From Halobacteriaceae archaeon (GTDB taxonomy: Archaea > Halobacteriota > Halobacteria > Halobacteriales > Halobacteriaceae), in NCBI GenBank assembly GCA_042216675.1, contig JBDGTS010000018.1, positions 1 through 64,000 on the forward strand: a stretch of DNA of 64,000 bases, read 5' to 3'. This document shows positions 17,526 to 28,075 of this stretch, in pieces; the stretch's first letter is position 1, and every line of letters begins with the position of its first letter. The translations under genes and the position numbers were made by a program. The notes beneath the pieces were generated by a model. It was not told the DNA's origin and made no database searches. It saw nothing but the letters and a program-made list of their open reading frames with translations.

Positions 17526-20414
17526 ATGACAACGTTCGACGCCGACGCGGTGACCTTAGAGCGCGTCCGCGACTCCGTCTGGGAGATAGAGCGCGAGGAG
17601 GGCATGGAGGTGCCCGCGCGCGTCCTCGCCAGCGAGTCGCTCTTAGAGGAAATCAAGCAGGACAAGACGCTCGAACAGATCAAAAACGTCGCGCACCTCC
17701 CCGGCATCGTCGAGCACTCCATCTGCATGCCCGACGGGCATCAGGGGTACGGCTTCCCGGTGGGCGGCGTCGCCGCCATCGACGCCGAGGACGGGTGCAT
17801 CTCGCCCGGCGGCGTCGGCTACGACATCAACTGCCTCTCCGGAGACAGCGAGGTACTGATGGAGTTCGGTCGGCGGCGAGAGATACGGACGCTGTGCGAC
17901 GACTTCGAGAACGACCGGGCCGTCGTGATGGACGGCGGACCGACCCCCTCGGATATCAGGCTCCACACGGAGACGATGGACCGAACCGTCCACGAGGCGA
18001 CGACGGCGGCCGGGGACAAAATCGAGGCGACACTCGACCATCCGTTTGTGACGCCGGATGGGATGCAGAAACTCGACGATGTCGAGCCGGGGGACTCCGT
18101 GCTCGTGCATCCCTTCGAGGGGCTTCCGGACGAACAGCCACCGGAGTTCATCGTTCTCGACGAAGACGACTTCGCCGACGAGGACCCACAGCTTCGCCGG
18201 GTACTGTCCGAGCGCGACCTCCTCCCGCTCAAATCGACCGACGAAGCGTTCAACCACCTTCTGAAGCTTGTGGGCTATCACACCGGTGATGGTTCCTTCA
18301 GCGGGGCGCAGTCGTGGTTCTACGGGGAGCCGGAGGCCCTCACGGAGATTCGTTCGGACATCAAGGCCGTCGGCTTCACGCCGTCGAAGATATACGAACG
18401 CGAGCGAAGCCACGAAATCGACGGCGAAGCCTTCGAGCGGACCGAATACAGCGTCAGGTCCACCTCGAACGCGTTCAAGAAACTACTCTGCAAGCTCGGC
18501 GCTCCAACGGGAGCGAAGGTCGAATCTGACTTCACGGCTCCGGGGTACCTCGACAAACTGGCCGACTGGCAGGTGGCGCTCTACCTCTCCGCGTTCTTCG
18601 GGGCGGAGATGAGTGCGCCGGCGACGGTGGGCGCCCGGAACTTCCAAGCACCCGCAGTTTCCCACAATCGCGTCGGGTCGAGACGGGCGGCCGGAGAACA
18701 GTTCCTCCGTGACCTGATGGGACACCTCGAAGAACTCGGCATCGCTACGAATCAACTCGAAGTGGTGCAGACGGGAGAAGAGGAGTCCAGTGACCGCGTG
18801 AGACTACGGTTCGGCGTCAGCACGGAGGGCAAGAACTTACAGCGGTTCTTCACGCGAATCGGATACCGATACAGCCCCGAGAAGCAGCGCAAAGCGATGG
18901 TCGCAGCACAGTATCTCAAACGAAAGGCGCGACACATCGCCAAGCGAGCGCGAGTCGCGAAGCGAGCGCAGACGATGGCCGACGGCGGCACCTCCACTCG
19001 CGAGATAAAGGAGACGTTCGAGTCCGTCAACGACCGCTTCATCGAGCGCTCCGTATACGACCAGCGAGACGGACGGCCACGACCGAGCGCCGACTTCCCG
19101 ACGTTCGAGGAGTTCCGTGAAGACCGGCACGTGACGGACGAGATGCTGGTCGAGGCTGAGGTCACCAGCATCTCGGAGCGCGGGGCGAAGCCGGTGTTCG
19201 ACATCGGCGTCGTCAACGACGAACACAATTTCCTCGCGAACGGCTTCGTCGTCTCCAACTGTGGCGTCCGGATGGTGAAGACGAACCTCACCTACGACGA
19301 CGTGCAGGGCCGCGAGGAGGAACTCGTCGACGCCCTCTTCGAGGCCATCCCCTCCGGTCTCGGGGGCGGCGGCGTCGTGCAGGGAAGCGCGGACACCATC
19401 GAAGACATCCTCCACCGGGGCGTCGAGTGGGCCGTGGAGAAGGGCTACGCCGTCGAGGACGACCTCGCGCACTGCGAGGACGAGGGACGGCGGCGCGACG
19501 CCGACCCGAGCGCCGTCTCCCAGAAGGCGAAAGACCGGGGGCGCAACCAGATCGGTTCGCTCGGGTCGGGCAATCACTTCCTCGAAGTCCAGCGAGTGAC
19601 AGACGTGTACCGGCCCGAAGTGGCCGACGCGTTCGGCCTCGAACCGGACCAAATCGTGGTCCTCATCCACTGTGGCTCCCGCGGCCTCGGCCATCAGGTC
19701 TGCACGGACTACCTCCGAGAAATCGAGCAGTCCCACGCCGACCTGCTGGAGCGACTGCCCGACAAGGAACTCGCCGCCGCGCCCGCGGGGAGCAAACTCG
19801 CGACGGAGTACTACGGCGCGATGTGCGCGGCCATCAACTTCGCGTGGGTGAACCGCCAACTCATCACGCACCAGACCCGCGAGGTGTTCGCGGACGTGTT
19901 CGACACCTCGTGGCGAGACCTCGAAATGGACCTGCTGTACGACGTGGCGCACAACATCGCCAAGCGCGAAACGCACGACGTCGACGGCGAGGACCGCGAG
20001 TTGTTCGTCCACCGAAAGGGCGCGACGCGGGCGTTTCCGGCGGGCCGCGAGGAGGTGCCACCGGCCTATCGTGACGTGGGCCAACCGGTCATCATCCCCG
20101 GTAGCATGGGCGCCGGCAGTTACATCCTCCGCGGCGGCGCGTCCTCGCTGGACGAGACGTTCGGCTCGACGGCCCACGGCGCGGGGCGCCTGATGTCCCG
20201 CACGCAGGCCAAACAGGAGTTCTGGGGCGGTGACGTCCAAGAGGACCTGCGCGAACAGGACCACATCTACGTGAAGGCCCAGAGCGGTGCGACGATCGCC
20301 GAGGAGGCCCCCGGCGTCTACAAAGACGTGGACGAGGTGGTTCGGGTCTCCGACGAACTCGGCATCGGCGACCGGGTGGCGCGGACGTATCCGGTCTGCA
20401 ACATCAAGGGGTAG
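17526..20414 (+). CDS. rtcB: RNA ligase RtcB (intein-containing)
   Basis: MPDGHQGYGFPVGG, GYDIN-[intein]-CGVR, GSLGSGNHFLE, HCGSRG, HNIA, HRKGAT, PGSMG, HGAGR. Confidence 0.97.
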   Translation: MTTFDADAVTLERVRDSVWEIEREEGMEVPARVLASESLLEEIKQDKTLEQIKNVAHLPGIVEHSICMPDGHQGYGFPVGGVAAIDAEDGCISPGGVGYDINCLSGDSEVLMEFGRRREIRTLCDDFENDRAVVMDGGPTPSDIRLHTETMDRTVHEATTAAGDKIEATLDHPFVTPDGMQKLDDVEPGDSVLVHPFEGLPDEQPPEFIVLDEDDFADEDPQLRRVLSERDLLPLKSTDEAFNHLLKLVGYHTGDGSFSGAQSWFYGEPEALTEIRSDIKAVGFTPSKIYERERSHEIDGEAFERTEYSVRSTSNAFKKLLCKLGAPTGAKVESDFTAPGYLDKLADWQVALYLSAFFGAEMSAPATVGARNFQAPAVSHNRVGSRRAAGEQFLRDLMGHLEELGIATNQLEVVQTGEEESSDRVRLRFGVSTEGKNLQRFFTRIGYRYSPEKQRKAMVAAQYLKRKARHIAKRARVAKRAQTMADGGTSTREIKETFESVNDRFIERSVYDQRDGRPRPSADFPTFEEFREDRHVTDEMLVEAEVTSISERGAKPVFDIGVVNDEHNFLANGFVVSNCGVRMVKTNLTYDDVQGREEELVDALFEAIPSGLGGGGVVQGSADTIEDILHRGVEWAVEKGYAVEDDLAHCEDEGRRRDADPSAVSQKAKDRGRNQIGSLGSGNHFLEVQRVTDVYRPEVADAFGLEPDQIVVLIHCGSRGLGHQVCTDYLREIEQSHADLLERLPDKELAAAPAGSKLATEYYGAMCAAINFAWVNRQLITHQTREVFADVFDTSWRDLEMDLLYDVAHNIAKRETHDVDGEDRELFVHRKGATRAFPAGREEVPPAYRDVGQPVIIPGSMGAGSYILRGGASSLDETFGSTAHGAGRLMSRTQAKQEFWGGDVQEDLREQDHIYVKAQSGATIAEEAPGVYKDVDEVVRVSDELGIGDRVARTYPVCNIKG
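17832..19259 (+). mobile_element. Intein with LAGLIDADG homing endonuclease (476 aa) in rtcB
   Basis: Begins CLSGDSEV, block B TLDHPF, LVGYHTGDG and YLSAFFGAE (LAGLIDADG-like), ends HNFLANGFVVSN followed by +1 Cys. Confidence 0.93.
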
Positions 20415-20455
20415 GTGGCGTCAGGGTTAACAGGGTTGGCGCCGAACACCTCCGT

Positions 20456-20827
20456 ATGTCATCCGGTGCCGAAGCCCCACAGACCGCGGGCGACGACGGC
20501 GTTGTCGCGACCGAGGCCGCCGCCGAGCAAGCGCTGAGTCTGCTCGACGGTGAGGGCCTCGACACCGACGTGGCCGGCCTGCGCCTGTTCGTCCAGCAAG
20601 GCGGCTGTGCCGGACTCTCCTACGGGATGCGCTTCGACGACGCACCCGACGAGGACGACGAGATTTTCGAGCATCACGGCCTCCGCCTGTTCGTCGACCC
20701 GGCGAGCCTCGATTACATCGACGGGAGCGTCGTGGACTTCGAGGACGGCCTGCAGGCCGCCGGCTTCCACGTCCAGAACCCGAACGTGGAGGCGGAGTGT
20801 GGCTGTGGCGAATCGTTCCGAACCTGA
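20456..20827 (+). CDS. HesB/IscA/SufA A-type Fe-S carrier
   Basis: GGCAGLSYG and NPN...CGCGESF. Confidence 0.95.
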   Translation: MSSGAEAPQTAGDDGVVATEAAAEQALSLLDGEGLDTDVAGLRLFVQQGGCAGLSYGMRFDDAPDEDDEIFEHHGLRLFVDPASLDYIDGSVVDFEDGLQAAGFHVQNPNVEAECGCGESFRT

Positions 20828-20869
20828 CGCGGCCGAAGAATTATCCTACAGTAGAGTAAACGGCGGGTC

Positions 20870-22234
20870 GTGGACCCAAGCGAGCGCCGACCGCTCCTCG
20901 ACAGCGTCCCCGACGCCCTCGCCGTCGTCACCGACGACGGTACTGTTCGCTCCGCCACCGGCGACGTCAAGCGGTCGCTGGGCGTGACTGCAGATGCGCT
21001 CGTCGGCCGACGCTTCTACGACGACGTGCATCCCGTGGACAGACCGCGTGTGCAGGCGGCGCTCGACGGCGTCACCACAGGCGACGACGCAGAACGCGTC
21101 GAGTTCCGCTACGGCGTCGACGACGCCGAGTGGCGGTGGGTCGAAGCGCGCGCATCAGCAGCGGAAACGGCCGACGGCGACGCTGTAGTCACCTGTCGCG
21201 ACGTGACCGAACGACGAGCCGAGGGGATGGACCGCCTCGAACAGTTCGCCGAACACACGGACGAGGTGCTGTGGATGGTGTCCGGCGACTGGCGGGAGTG
21301 TCTGTTCCTCAGCCCCGCCTTCGAGGACGTGTTCGGTCTGGCCCGACGTCGCCTCGACGATGACCCGACGGCGTTTCTGGACGCGGTTCACCCGGACGAC
21401 AGGGACCGCACCGAAGCCGCGATGGCGACGCTGTCCGGCGGCGACCCGATCGAAATCGAGTGCCGCGCGAACCCCCGCCGAGGCTTCAAGCGCCTCGTGG
21501 CGGTCGAGGGGCAGCCAATCGTGGAGGACGACCGCGTGGTTCGCATCATCGGGTTCGCACGCGACGTGACCGACCAACGCCGCCGGGAGCAGCATCTGCG
21601 CGTGATGGACCGCCTGCTCAGACACAACCTCCGCAACGACCTGAACGTCGTCCTCGGGCGGGCGCGTCTCGCCCGAGACCGGGGCGACGAAGCGGTGGCG
21701 GCGAGCATGGACACCGTCATCGAGACGTGCGAGGACCTCCTCGCGACGGCTGACAAGGAGCGCGAGATACTCGCCGTCCTCGAAGACGTCGACGAACCGA
21801 CGGCCCTCGACTTCGGGGCCGCCGTCGAGAGAGCCATCGAGACGGCGGCGGACACCCATCCCGAGGCGCGCATCGACGTGGACCTCCCCCGTACCTCGCG
21901 GGTCCGCGCCCTCGAAGAAATCGAGGTGGCGGTGACCGAACTCGTCGAGAACGCCATCAGACACGCCGCGGCGGACGCGCCGACGGTGTCCGTGCGCGTC
22001 CGGGACCGAGGCGACAGGGTACAGTTGACGGTCCGCGACGAGGGACCCCCCATCTCCGAACACGAGTTCCGGGCGCTCGCGACGGACGCCGAGAGAGACG
22101 ACCTCCACCACGGGACGGGGTTGGGACTGTGGCTCGTCTACTGGATCGTGGACCTCTCGGAGGGGAAAATCGACTTCTCGGCGAGCGAATCGCGCGGGAA
22201 CGTGGTGACGGTGCGCCTGCGCCGCGCCGATTAG
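20870..22234 (+). CDS. PAS-domain sensor histidine kinase
   Basis: Two PAS domains (VHPxD), [12 protein letters not shown]-box, [19 protein letters not shown]. Confidence 0.9.
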   Translation: MDPSERRPLLDSVPDALAVVTDDGTVRSATGDVKRSLGVTADALVGRRFYDDVHPVDRPRVQAALDGVTTGDDAERVEFRYGVDDAEWRWVEARASAAETADGDAVVTCRDVTERRAEGMDRLEQFAEHTDEVLWMVSGDWRECLFLSPAFEDVFGLARRRLDDDPTAFLDAVHPDDRDRTEAAMATLSGGDPIEIECRANPRRGFKRLVAVEGQPIVEDDRVVRIIGFARDVTDQRRREQHLRVMDRLLRHNLRNDLNVVLGRARLARDRGDEAVAASMDTVIETCEDLLATADKEREILAVLEDVDEPTALDFGAAVERAIETAADTHPEARIDVDLPRTSRVRALEEIEVAVTELVENAIRHAAADAPTVSVRVRDRGDRVQLTVRDEGPPISEHEFRALATDAERDDLHHGTGLGLWLVYWIVDLSEGKIDFSASESRGNVVTVRLRRAD

Positions 22235-22431
22235 TCTTCGAGTTCGAAGGCGACTTCGACCTCGGCCTGATACTCGCGCCCCTCGACGGACGCGAGTTCG
22301 ACGCCCTGCCCCTGGACCTCGACCCAACTCACGTTCTGGAGGGTGTCGTCTGCCCGGTCGATGGCGTCGTCGACGGCCGCATCGAAGCTCTCCGTACTTC
22401 GTCCGATCAGCGTGATCTTCTTGAAGACCAT
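22231..22431 (-). CDS. Dodecin (flavin-binding)
   Basis: [34 protein letters not shown]...YQAEVEVAF. Confidence 0.95.
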   Translation of the reverse strand: MVFKKITLIGRSTESFDAAVDDAIDRADDTLQNVSWVEVQGQGVELASVEGREYQAEVEVAFELED

Positions 22432-22462
22432 ACGAGGATGGACAGTCGGGACGCTGATAAAA

Positions 22463-23113
22463 CTACTCGCCCATCTTGGCCGCGAGGTCGCTCGCCACGT
22501 CGGTGAGGTAGGCGGTGCCCCACGTCGCCACGACGACGGCGCCAAGCGAGTTGAACAGGAGGTCCTTCATCGAGTCTTCGAGGCCGTACTGCGTGAGCAC
22601 CGCCGCCGCGCCGAAGACGCGCCCGAGTTGGCCGATGGCGAACTCGACGACTTCCCAGAACACGCCGAACGCCATCACGACCATCAGGATGAAGGCGAAC
22701 GTGAACACCGGCGGGAACGACACGTCGGGTTCGTGTTCCTGCACGGCGCGCACGAAGGCGTAGCCGACGCCGGCGACGATGGAGGACGAGAGCGCGTGGG
22801 TGAGGTGGTCCCACCACCAGACCGACCGGTAGAACGAGAGGCCGGTCCCGGGGACGCCGACGGTTCCCAGAGCGTGCAGGAACACGGCGGTGGTTATCCA
22901 GAGGACGAGTGCCGGGTCCATCGTGATGTCGTAGTCGCGCTCGATGAGCGCTGGCAGTTGCGTCACCAACAGGCCGACGAAGGCGTTGACGACGATGCCT
23001 GAACTCCCTCGGTCGAGGCCGATGAAGATGAAGCCCACGAGCGCGAGTTCCATGACGCGGGACAGTTGGCGCTGTCGGCGCTCCGAGACGCCGAGCCACG
23101 CGCGGACCTTCAT
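22463..23113 (-). CDS. Membrane protein with putative metal-binding motifs (DUF2238-like)
   Basis: Multi-TM; LHALG, WWDHLTH, FWEVVEF, EDSMKDL. Confidence 0.75.
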   Translation of the reverse strand: MKVRAWLGVSERRQRQLSRVMELALVGFIFIGLDRGSSGIVVNAFVGLLVTQLPALIERDYDITMDPALVLWITTAVFLHALGTVGVPGTGLSFYRSVWWWDHLTHALSSSIVAGVGYAFVRAVQEHEPDVSFPPVFTFAFILMVVMAFGVFWEVVEFAIGQLGRVFGAAAVLTQYGLEDSMKDLLFNSLGAVVVATWGTAYLTDVASDLAAKMGE

Positions 23114-23739
23114 TCGACCACCTCCTGCACGTCGGTGGGGAGACGCTGTTTGGCGCGGGCCCGCCGACGGAAGTACAGCACGAAGAGGAGGCCGGCGAGG
23201 ACGCCCACGCCCGTCGCGGCGACGAAGTCCCACATCACGGCCCGCTCGATTTCGGCCTCGGGCGCGCCGGTGAGCATGTACTCGGTGCTGAGGTACACGT
23301 CGGAGAGCCACTGGGCGAGCGCCCAGACCCCCGCCGTCGCCATCGTCCCGATGACGACGAACAGGACGGCGAACCAGTCGGTCATCTGGACCGGCGTGAA
23401 CACGTCGAGTTCGACGGCGACGAGAAGCGCCAGCGCCGCCACCGAAACCTGCGTCGTGACCCGCGAGGTGAGTGGCACCACCGCGAACGACCGGGCCACC
23501 ACCGGGAGCGCACCGAGCGCCAGCACTTCCCACGGCACCATCACCGTCGGGTCGCGGAAGCCGACGGGCGGAAACAGCGCGAGGACGACGATGCCCCCAC
23601 AGAACCCCGCCCAGAGCAGTTCCCCCGTGAGGGCACTTCGGACCGCGACGAGGGCGACGAACGCCGTCAGCAGCCACGCGAAGGCGGCGTTCGCCCGCCC
23701 CTCCTCCATCATGTCCGTCAGCCCCTCGTCGTCACTCAT
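23110..23739 (-). CDS. Multi-TM membrane protein, likely paralog of the downstream gene
   Basis: 6-7 TM helices; GVWALAQW..D...MWDF; 4-nt overlap. Confidence 0.75.
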   Translation of the reverse strand: MSDDEGLTDMMEEGRANAAFAWLLTAFVALVAVRSALTGELLWAGFCGGIVVLALFPPVGFRDPTVMVPWEVLALGALPVVARSFAVVPLTSRVTTQVSVAALALLVAVELDVFTPVQMTDWFAVLFVVIGTMATAGVWALAQWLSDVYLSTEYMLTGAPEAEIERAVMWDFVAATGVGVLAGLLFVLYFRRRARAKQRLPTDVQEVVE

Positions 23740-23772
23740 GCGTCCGTTCTGGGTGGGGACCACGAAAAAGAC

Positions 23773-24660
23773 TTAGGCCAGATACACCGCTGCGAAGGCG
23801 ACAGCCGCGACGGTAACGGCGGCGAGACCGGTGACGACCCACGACGCGAAGTCGTCGCGGGGGCGCACGCCGCCGACGGCGCCCGTCGTGAGGATGCCGG
23901 CGACGAAGCCGTACGCCGCGTCGACGGTGGGGTTCGGGAGGACGACGACGCTCACCGCGAACGCCGCACCGGCCGTCGCCCGGGGGCGGAGATGGTCGCT
24001 CAGCCGAACGCCCGCCAGCGCCGCGGCGACGAGGACGCCCGCCCAGATGGCGGCCAGTTCGGCGCCGAAGGCGAGAAACAGGTCGTGCGTCGGGTCGGCG
24101 AACGGGGCGATGCGCGTCGTCAGCAGAGACACGTCGAGGGGCCAGAGGAACGACGGGGGGCCGCCGGTGAGCAGGTCCCCGAACGGGTGACTGACGAGGC
24201 CGACGAGCGCCGCCGCCCCGGTTTCGCGCGGTCCGAAGCCAAGAAGCGCCGCGAGCGCCGCCACCACCGCGCCCGCGACGAGGAACAGCGCCATAATCGT
24301 CGCGGCGAGGGGGCCGGAGACGACGAAAGCGAGGGCCGCAAGGCCGAGCCCCAGCCCGAGGGCGAGCGGGCGCCGCGAGGGGACGAACGCGAAGGCCGCC
24401 GCCGCCGGAACGGCGACGAGGACGGAGTGAGTGACCGTCCGGTGGGTCGCTTCGGAGGCCGCCCAGAAGGCGTCGACGGGCGCGGCGGCGCTCGTGCCCA
24501 CCACGAGGGCGACGGGCGCGTACGCCACGTCCACGTCGGGGACGGTGGCGAACAGCGCCGCCACGACGGCGAGGGCGAGCGCTCGCTCCGGCGCCAACCC
24601 GTGCCGGCGCGCGAGGAGGCCGACGAGGGCCAGCGCCAACAGCCCGTGGCCGATGAACAT
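23773..24660 (-). CDS. Membrane-bound metal-dependent hydrolase (YdjM-like)
   Basis: GH, PDVD, HRTVTHS and SHPFGDL motifs. Confidence 0.88.
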   Translation of the reverse strand: MFIGHGLLALALVGLLARRHGLAPERALALAVVAALFATVPDVDVAYAPVALVVGTSAAAPVDAFWAASEATHRTVTHSVLVAVPAAAAFAFVPSRRPLALGLGLGLAALAFVVSGPLAATIMALFLVAGAVVAALAALLGFGPRETGAAALVGLVSHPFGDLLTGGPPSFLWPLDVSLLTTRIAPFADPTHDLFLAFGAELAAIWAGVLVAAALAGVRLSDHLRPRATAGAAFAVSVVVLPNPTVDAAYGFVAGILTTGAVGGVRPRDDFASWVVTGLAAVTVAAVAFAAVYLA

Positions 24661-24697
24661 ACGGTTGCTTCGGGCCGAGCGGATTAAAGTGCGCCGG

Positions 24698-25234
24698 TCA
24701 CTCCGAGGGCTCGATTTTCGTCCACTTCTTCTCGATTTCGGCGTTGCCGCGGACCATCAGGCCGTCTGCGACGCTGAGACGGGTCTTCCGGAGCTCGATC
24801 TCCTCGACGGTGCCGACGGTGCCCCCGACGTCGACGCGGTCGCCGGGGTTGAAGTCGGGGTCCCGGAGCAGGTAGACCCCGGAGACGGCGTCTGCGATCA
24901 TCCCCGAGACGGCGTAGGAGACGCCGAGCGCGAGGAAGCCGCTCGCGGTGCCCAGCGCCAGCGCGATCTGGTCGAGGCCGACGAGCGTGAGGAAGGTGAG
25001 CGCCACGCCGAACCAGAGGAACAGCGCCACGACGGTGGCGACGAACTGCGCGTAGATGAGGTCCTGCCGGAACACCCGCCGCATCGACTTCCGGACGAGC
25101 CACTGGACGACGCGGACGGCGGCGCCCGCGACGAGGAGGAAGATGAGTCCCGTCAGGATGTCTGGAATCGCCGCCTCGATGTTGCCCAGCATCTCCGAGA
25201 GCGCGCCCTCGACGGTCTGAAGTCGCGTCAACAT
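24698..25234 (-). CDS. MscS-family mechanosensitive channel (short)
   Basis: 3 TM, LALG.....DAVSG..L...DF..GDRV...G.V.EI.LR.T. Confidence 0.88.
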   Translation of the reverse strand: MLTRLQTVEGALSEMLGNIEAAIPDILTGLIFLLVAGAAVRVVQWLVRKSMRRVFRQDLIYAQFVATVVALFLWFGVALTFLTLVGLDQIALALGTASGFLALGVSYAVSGMIADAVSGVYLLRDPDFNPGDRVDVGGTVGTVEEIELRKTRLSVADGLMVRGNAEIEKKWTKIEPSE

Positions 25235-25275
25235 GGCTCACGGTTCGGCGGGTCGGCGGAAAAAACGCGGGGCCG

Positions 25276-25590
25276 TCACTCGGCCGCTGTGGGCGCCCGG
25301 ACGACGTCGTGGTCCCCGTCGGGGTAGACACCGACCACGGCCCACGGGGCGTCGGGGTCGGCGTTCTCCAGCGAACGGAGGAGTTCGTCACAGCGGTCCC
25401 GCCACGCGACGAAACAGCGGAGCGAGTCGCCGTCGGTCGAGACGGTTTCGCCGTCGTGGACCGGCACGATGCGAACGTCTTTCCACTCGCGCACGGCCCG
25501 GAACTCGTCGCCGTCGTCGGCGATCGTGTAGCCGAGGTCGGCAAACACCTCGCGAGCGACCTCGGTGAGCGGCTTGGTAACGGTTGCCAT
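25276..25590 (-). CDS. Conserved haloarchaeal hypothetical protein
   Basis: Acidic ORF with typical codon usage (AREVFADLGY...RAVREWKDV...LRCFV). Confidence 0.75.
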   Translation of the reverse strand: MATVTKPLTEVAREVFADLGYTIADDGDEFRAVREWKDVRIVPVHDGETVSTDGDSLRCFVAWRDRCDELLRSLENADPDAPWAVVGVYPDGDHDVVRAPTAAE

Positions 25591-25629
25591 CCACGTGGAC
25601 CGTCAGCACGCTACACCTTAAGTGTTTGC

Positions 25630-25869
25630 TCACTCGTGGGCCGCGTCCCACTCGTCGGGCTTCTTGAGATTTCCGCAGGCGTTGCAGACGATGCGGCCCA
25701 TCGTGTCCATCGCCGTGTCGAGGCTGTCGCAGTTCGTGCAGAGATAGCCGTAGCGCCGCTCTCGACCCGCGGAGGCGTACACGACGGCGAAGGGACCGTC
25801 GCTACCGCGTTCGCCCTCGTCGGGGGCGACGTACACCGTCGCGCCGTCGTCCGTCGTCCGCTCGTGCAT
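25630..25869 (-). CDS. Small Zn-ribbon protein
   Basis: YGYLCTNC...MDTMGRIVCNACGN. Confidence 0.8.
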   Translation of the reverse strand: MHERTTDDGATVYVAPDEGERGSDGPFAVVYASAGRERRYGYLCTNCDSLDTAMDTMGRIVCNACGNLKKPDEWDAAHE

Positions 25870-25952
25870 GGGCCGCGCTAGGCGCTCGCGGACTTTCAGC
25901 CTTCCCACCCGGAACGACACCATTCATGGGGCTCCCCGCCATCGGTCGGGGC

Positions 25953-26357
25953 ATGAGCCGCGTCGTCGTGCCGGTCCGGTACCCGCTCTCGGAACACTCA
26001 CGGCGCACGCTCGGCGCCGCGATAGACGTGGCCGAGGAGCGTGACGCCGACCTCACGGTCCTCCACGTCAACCTCCATCAGGAGGGGCGGCGGGTGACGC
26101 GCACGGACCTCAAGCGCGCCGTCGAACGCGCGTTCGGCCCACAGCCGAGCGCCCGGTACGTCGTCCGCTCGGGCTTCCTCGTGGAGCAGACGATTCTCGA
26201 CGAGGTGGCCGCCGAGGACGCCGACGTGGTGGTCATCGGCCGGAAGCAGGTGGGCCGCTGGCGACGCACTCTGCGCTCGCTGTTGGGCGAACCCGACATC
26301 GAGGCGTTCCTCCAGCGAGAACTCGACTGCGAACTCCTCACCGTCGACGAGACGTAG
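25953..26357 (+). CDS. Universal stress protein
   Basis: VVVPV...LTVLHV...ILDE....DADVVVIG. Confidence 0.85.
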   Translation: MSRVVVPVRYPLSEHSRRTLGAAIDVAEERDADLTVLHVNLHQEGRRVTRTDLKRAVERAFGPQPSARYVVRSGFLVEQTILDEVAAEDADVVVIGRKQVGRWRRTLRSLLGEPDIEAFLQRELDCELLTVDET

Positions 26358-27246
26358 CGTCGTCGGAGAGCGACACCCGAGCCTCGCCGCTCGTCTCGTC
26401 GAAGACGTGGTGCTGATGCGGATAGGCGATTTCCACGTCCTCGGCCTCCGAGAGCGCGGTCCAGATGTTCTCCTGCACGTTAGAGCGCAGGCGCAGGAGC
26501 TTGTACGGCTCCCGCGCCCAGTACCGGAGCGTCAGCAGGACGCCGTGGTCGGCGTACTCGTCGATGTAACACGTCGGCGCGGCGGGGTAGCGGGCGCTCC
26601 CGATGCGGATGTCCGGGCCGCCGGAGACGACGGCGTCCACCTCCGCCGCCGACTGCTCCATGATGCGCCGGGCGCGTTCGAGGTTCCCCTCGTAGGTGAC
26701 GAGCAACTGAAGGCGCAGGCGGGTGCGCTCGTCCTCCGCGGAGTAGTTCACCACGTCGCGGTCCCGAATCGTGGAGTTCGGGATGACCATGAACGTGTTG
26801 TCGAGCGTGAAAATCTTCGTGTAGCGGAGCGTGATGTCCTCGACGTAGCCCATCGTCTGCCGGTCGACGATTTCTATCATGTCGCCGATTTCGTAGGGCT
26901 GGTCGGCGAGGACGAACAGGCCGTTGATGACGCTCCCGACGATGGGCGCCAACACGAGACCGAGGACGGCCGAGAACACCGTCACCGAGAGCAGGATGTT
27001 CCCCGCGCGCAGGCCGAGGACGTACGCGGCAGCGAGGATGCCGAAGACGAGGCCGGTGGTTCTGATGCCCCGCAACACGGTCCGGGTGACGCTCGGTCGC
27101 TCGAAGCGCCGCGCCACGCGGCGGCCCCCCACGCGGACGAGCACCTTCCCGAGATACCAGCCGAGGAGCACGGCCGCGGCGGCGGCGACGAGGCGGCCCA
27201 GCGTCGGGCCGACGAGGTCACCGACGGCGCTCGGGTCGAGCGGCAT
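26338..27246 (-). CDS. MscS-family mechanosensitive channel
   Basis: TM region, PYEIGDMI, G.VEDITLRYT, IPNS, NYS, EIAYPH. Confidence 0.92.
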   Translation of the reverse strand: MPLDPSAVGDLVGPTLGRLVAAAAAVLLGWYLGKVLVRVGGRRVARRFERPSVTRTVLRGIRTTGLVFGILAAAYVLGLRAGNILLSVTVFSAVLGLVLAPIVGSVINGLFVLADQPYEIGDMIEIVDRQTMGYVEDITLRYTKIFTLDNTFMVIPNSTIRDRDVVNYSAEDERTRLRLQLLVTYEGNLERARRIMEQSAAEVDAVVSGGPDIRIGSARYPAAPTCYIDEYADHGVLLTLRYWAREPYKLLRLRSNVQENIWTALSEAEDVEIAYPHQHHVFDETSGEARVSLSDDATSRRR

Positions 27247-27322
27247 GGCCCGAGCAACGCTCCCCCGGTGGAAAACGGTTGCGGGGACAAGGGCTAAGTC
27301 GTCGCCGGCGGTTCGGGGGGGC

Positions 27323-28075
27323 ATGTCAGACACCCCCGGCACCGACGGCGGCCCCGAGTTCGAAGTGACACACGACGAGAGCGCCGCCGAGACGCTCCTC
27401 GTCGGCGTCTCCAGTCCCGGCCTCGCGGGCCTGACTGCCGTGGACTATCTCGTCGACCACCGGTCGCTCGAACAGACGGGCCACGTCACCGTCGAGCAGT
27501 TCCCCGCCATCACGCCCTTCGAGAACGGGACGCCGCGCCACCACACCCGCCTGTTCGGGGCCGCGGACCGCGACGTGAGCGTCCTCGTCGGCGAACTGTT
27601 CGTCCCGACGACGGCCGCGGGACCGTTCAGCGACGCCATCGTCGACTGGATAGAGGACAGCGACGTGTCGGAAGTGGTCGTCCTCTCGGGCATCCCGCTC
27701 CCCCACGGTCCCGAGGAGCACCGGCCGTTCTACGTCGCCACGGAGGACTTCCGCGACGAGCGACTGACGGGAACGGACGTCGGCCCGATGGGCACGGGCT
27801 TCCTCGACGGCGTGAACGCCGAACTGATGCGCCACGGCCTCGACACCGACGACTTGGAGGTGGCAGTGCTTGTCACCCCCGTCCACGCGCAGACGCCGGA
27901 CGTGGACGCCGCCATCCGACTGCTGGACGCCGTGGCCGCTATCTACGACCTCGACCTCGACACCGGCCCGCTGGAGGCGTTCGCGGGCGAAATCGAGCAG
28001 CACTACCGCGACCTGTCCGAGCGCATCGCCGCCGCCGAGGAGGAGCAACGGCCCGGCGACCGGATGTACATGTAG
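27323..28075 (+). CDS. PAC2-family proteasome assembly chaperone
   Basis: LLVG...PGLAGL.A..YL, PD..AA..LL, LDT..L. Confidence 0.85.
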   Translation: MSDTPGTDGGPEFEVTHDESAAETLLVGVSSPGLAGLTAVDYLVDHRSLEQTGHVTVEQFPAITPFENGTPRHHTRLFGAADRDVSVLVGELFVPTTAAGPFSDAIVDWIEDSDVSEVVVLSGIPLPHGPEEHRPFYVATEDFRDERLTGTDVGPMGTGFLDGVNAELMRHGLDTDDLEVAVLVTPVHAQTPDVDAAIRLLDAVAAIYDLDLDTGPLEAFAGEIEQHYRDLSERIAAAEEEQRPGDRMYM

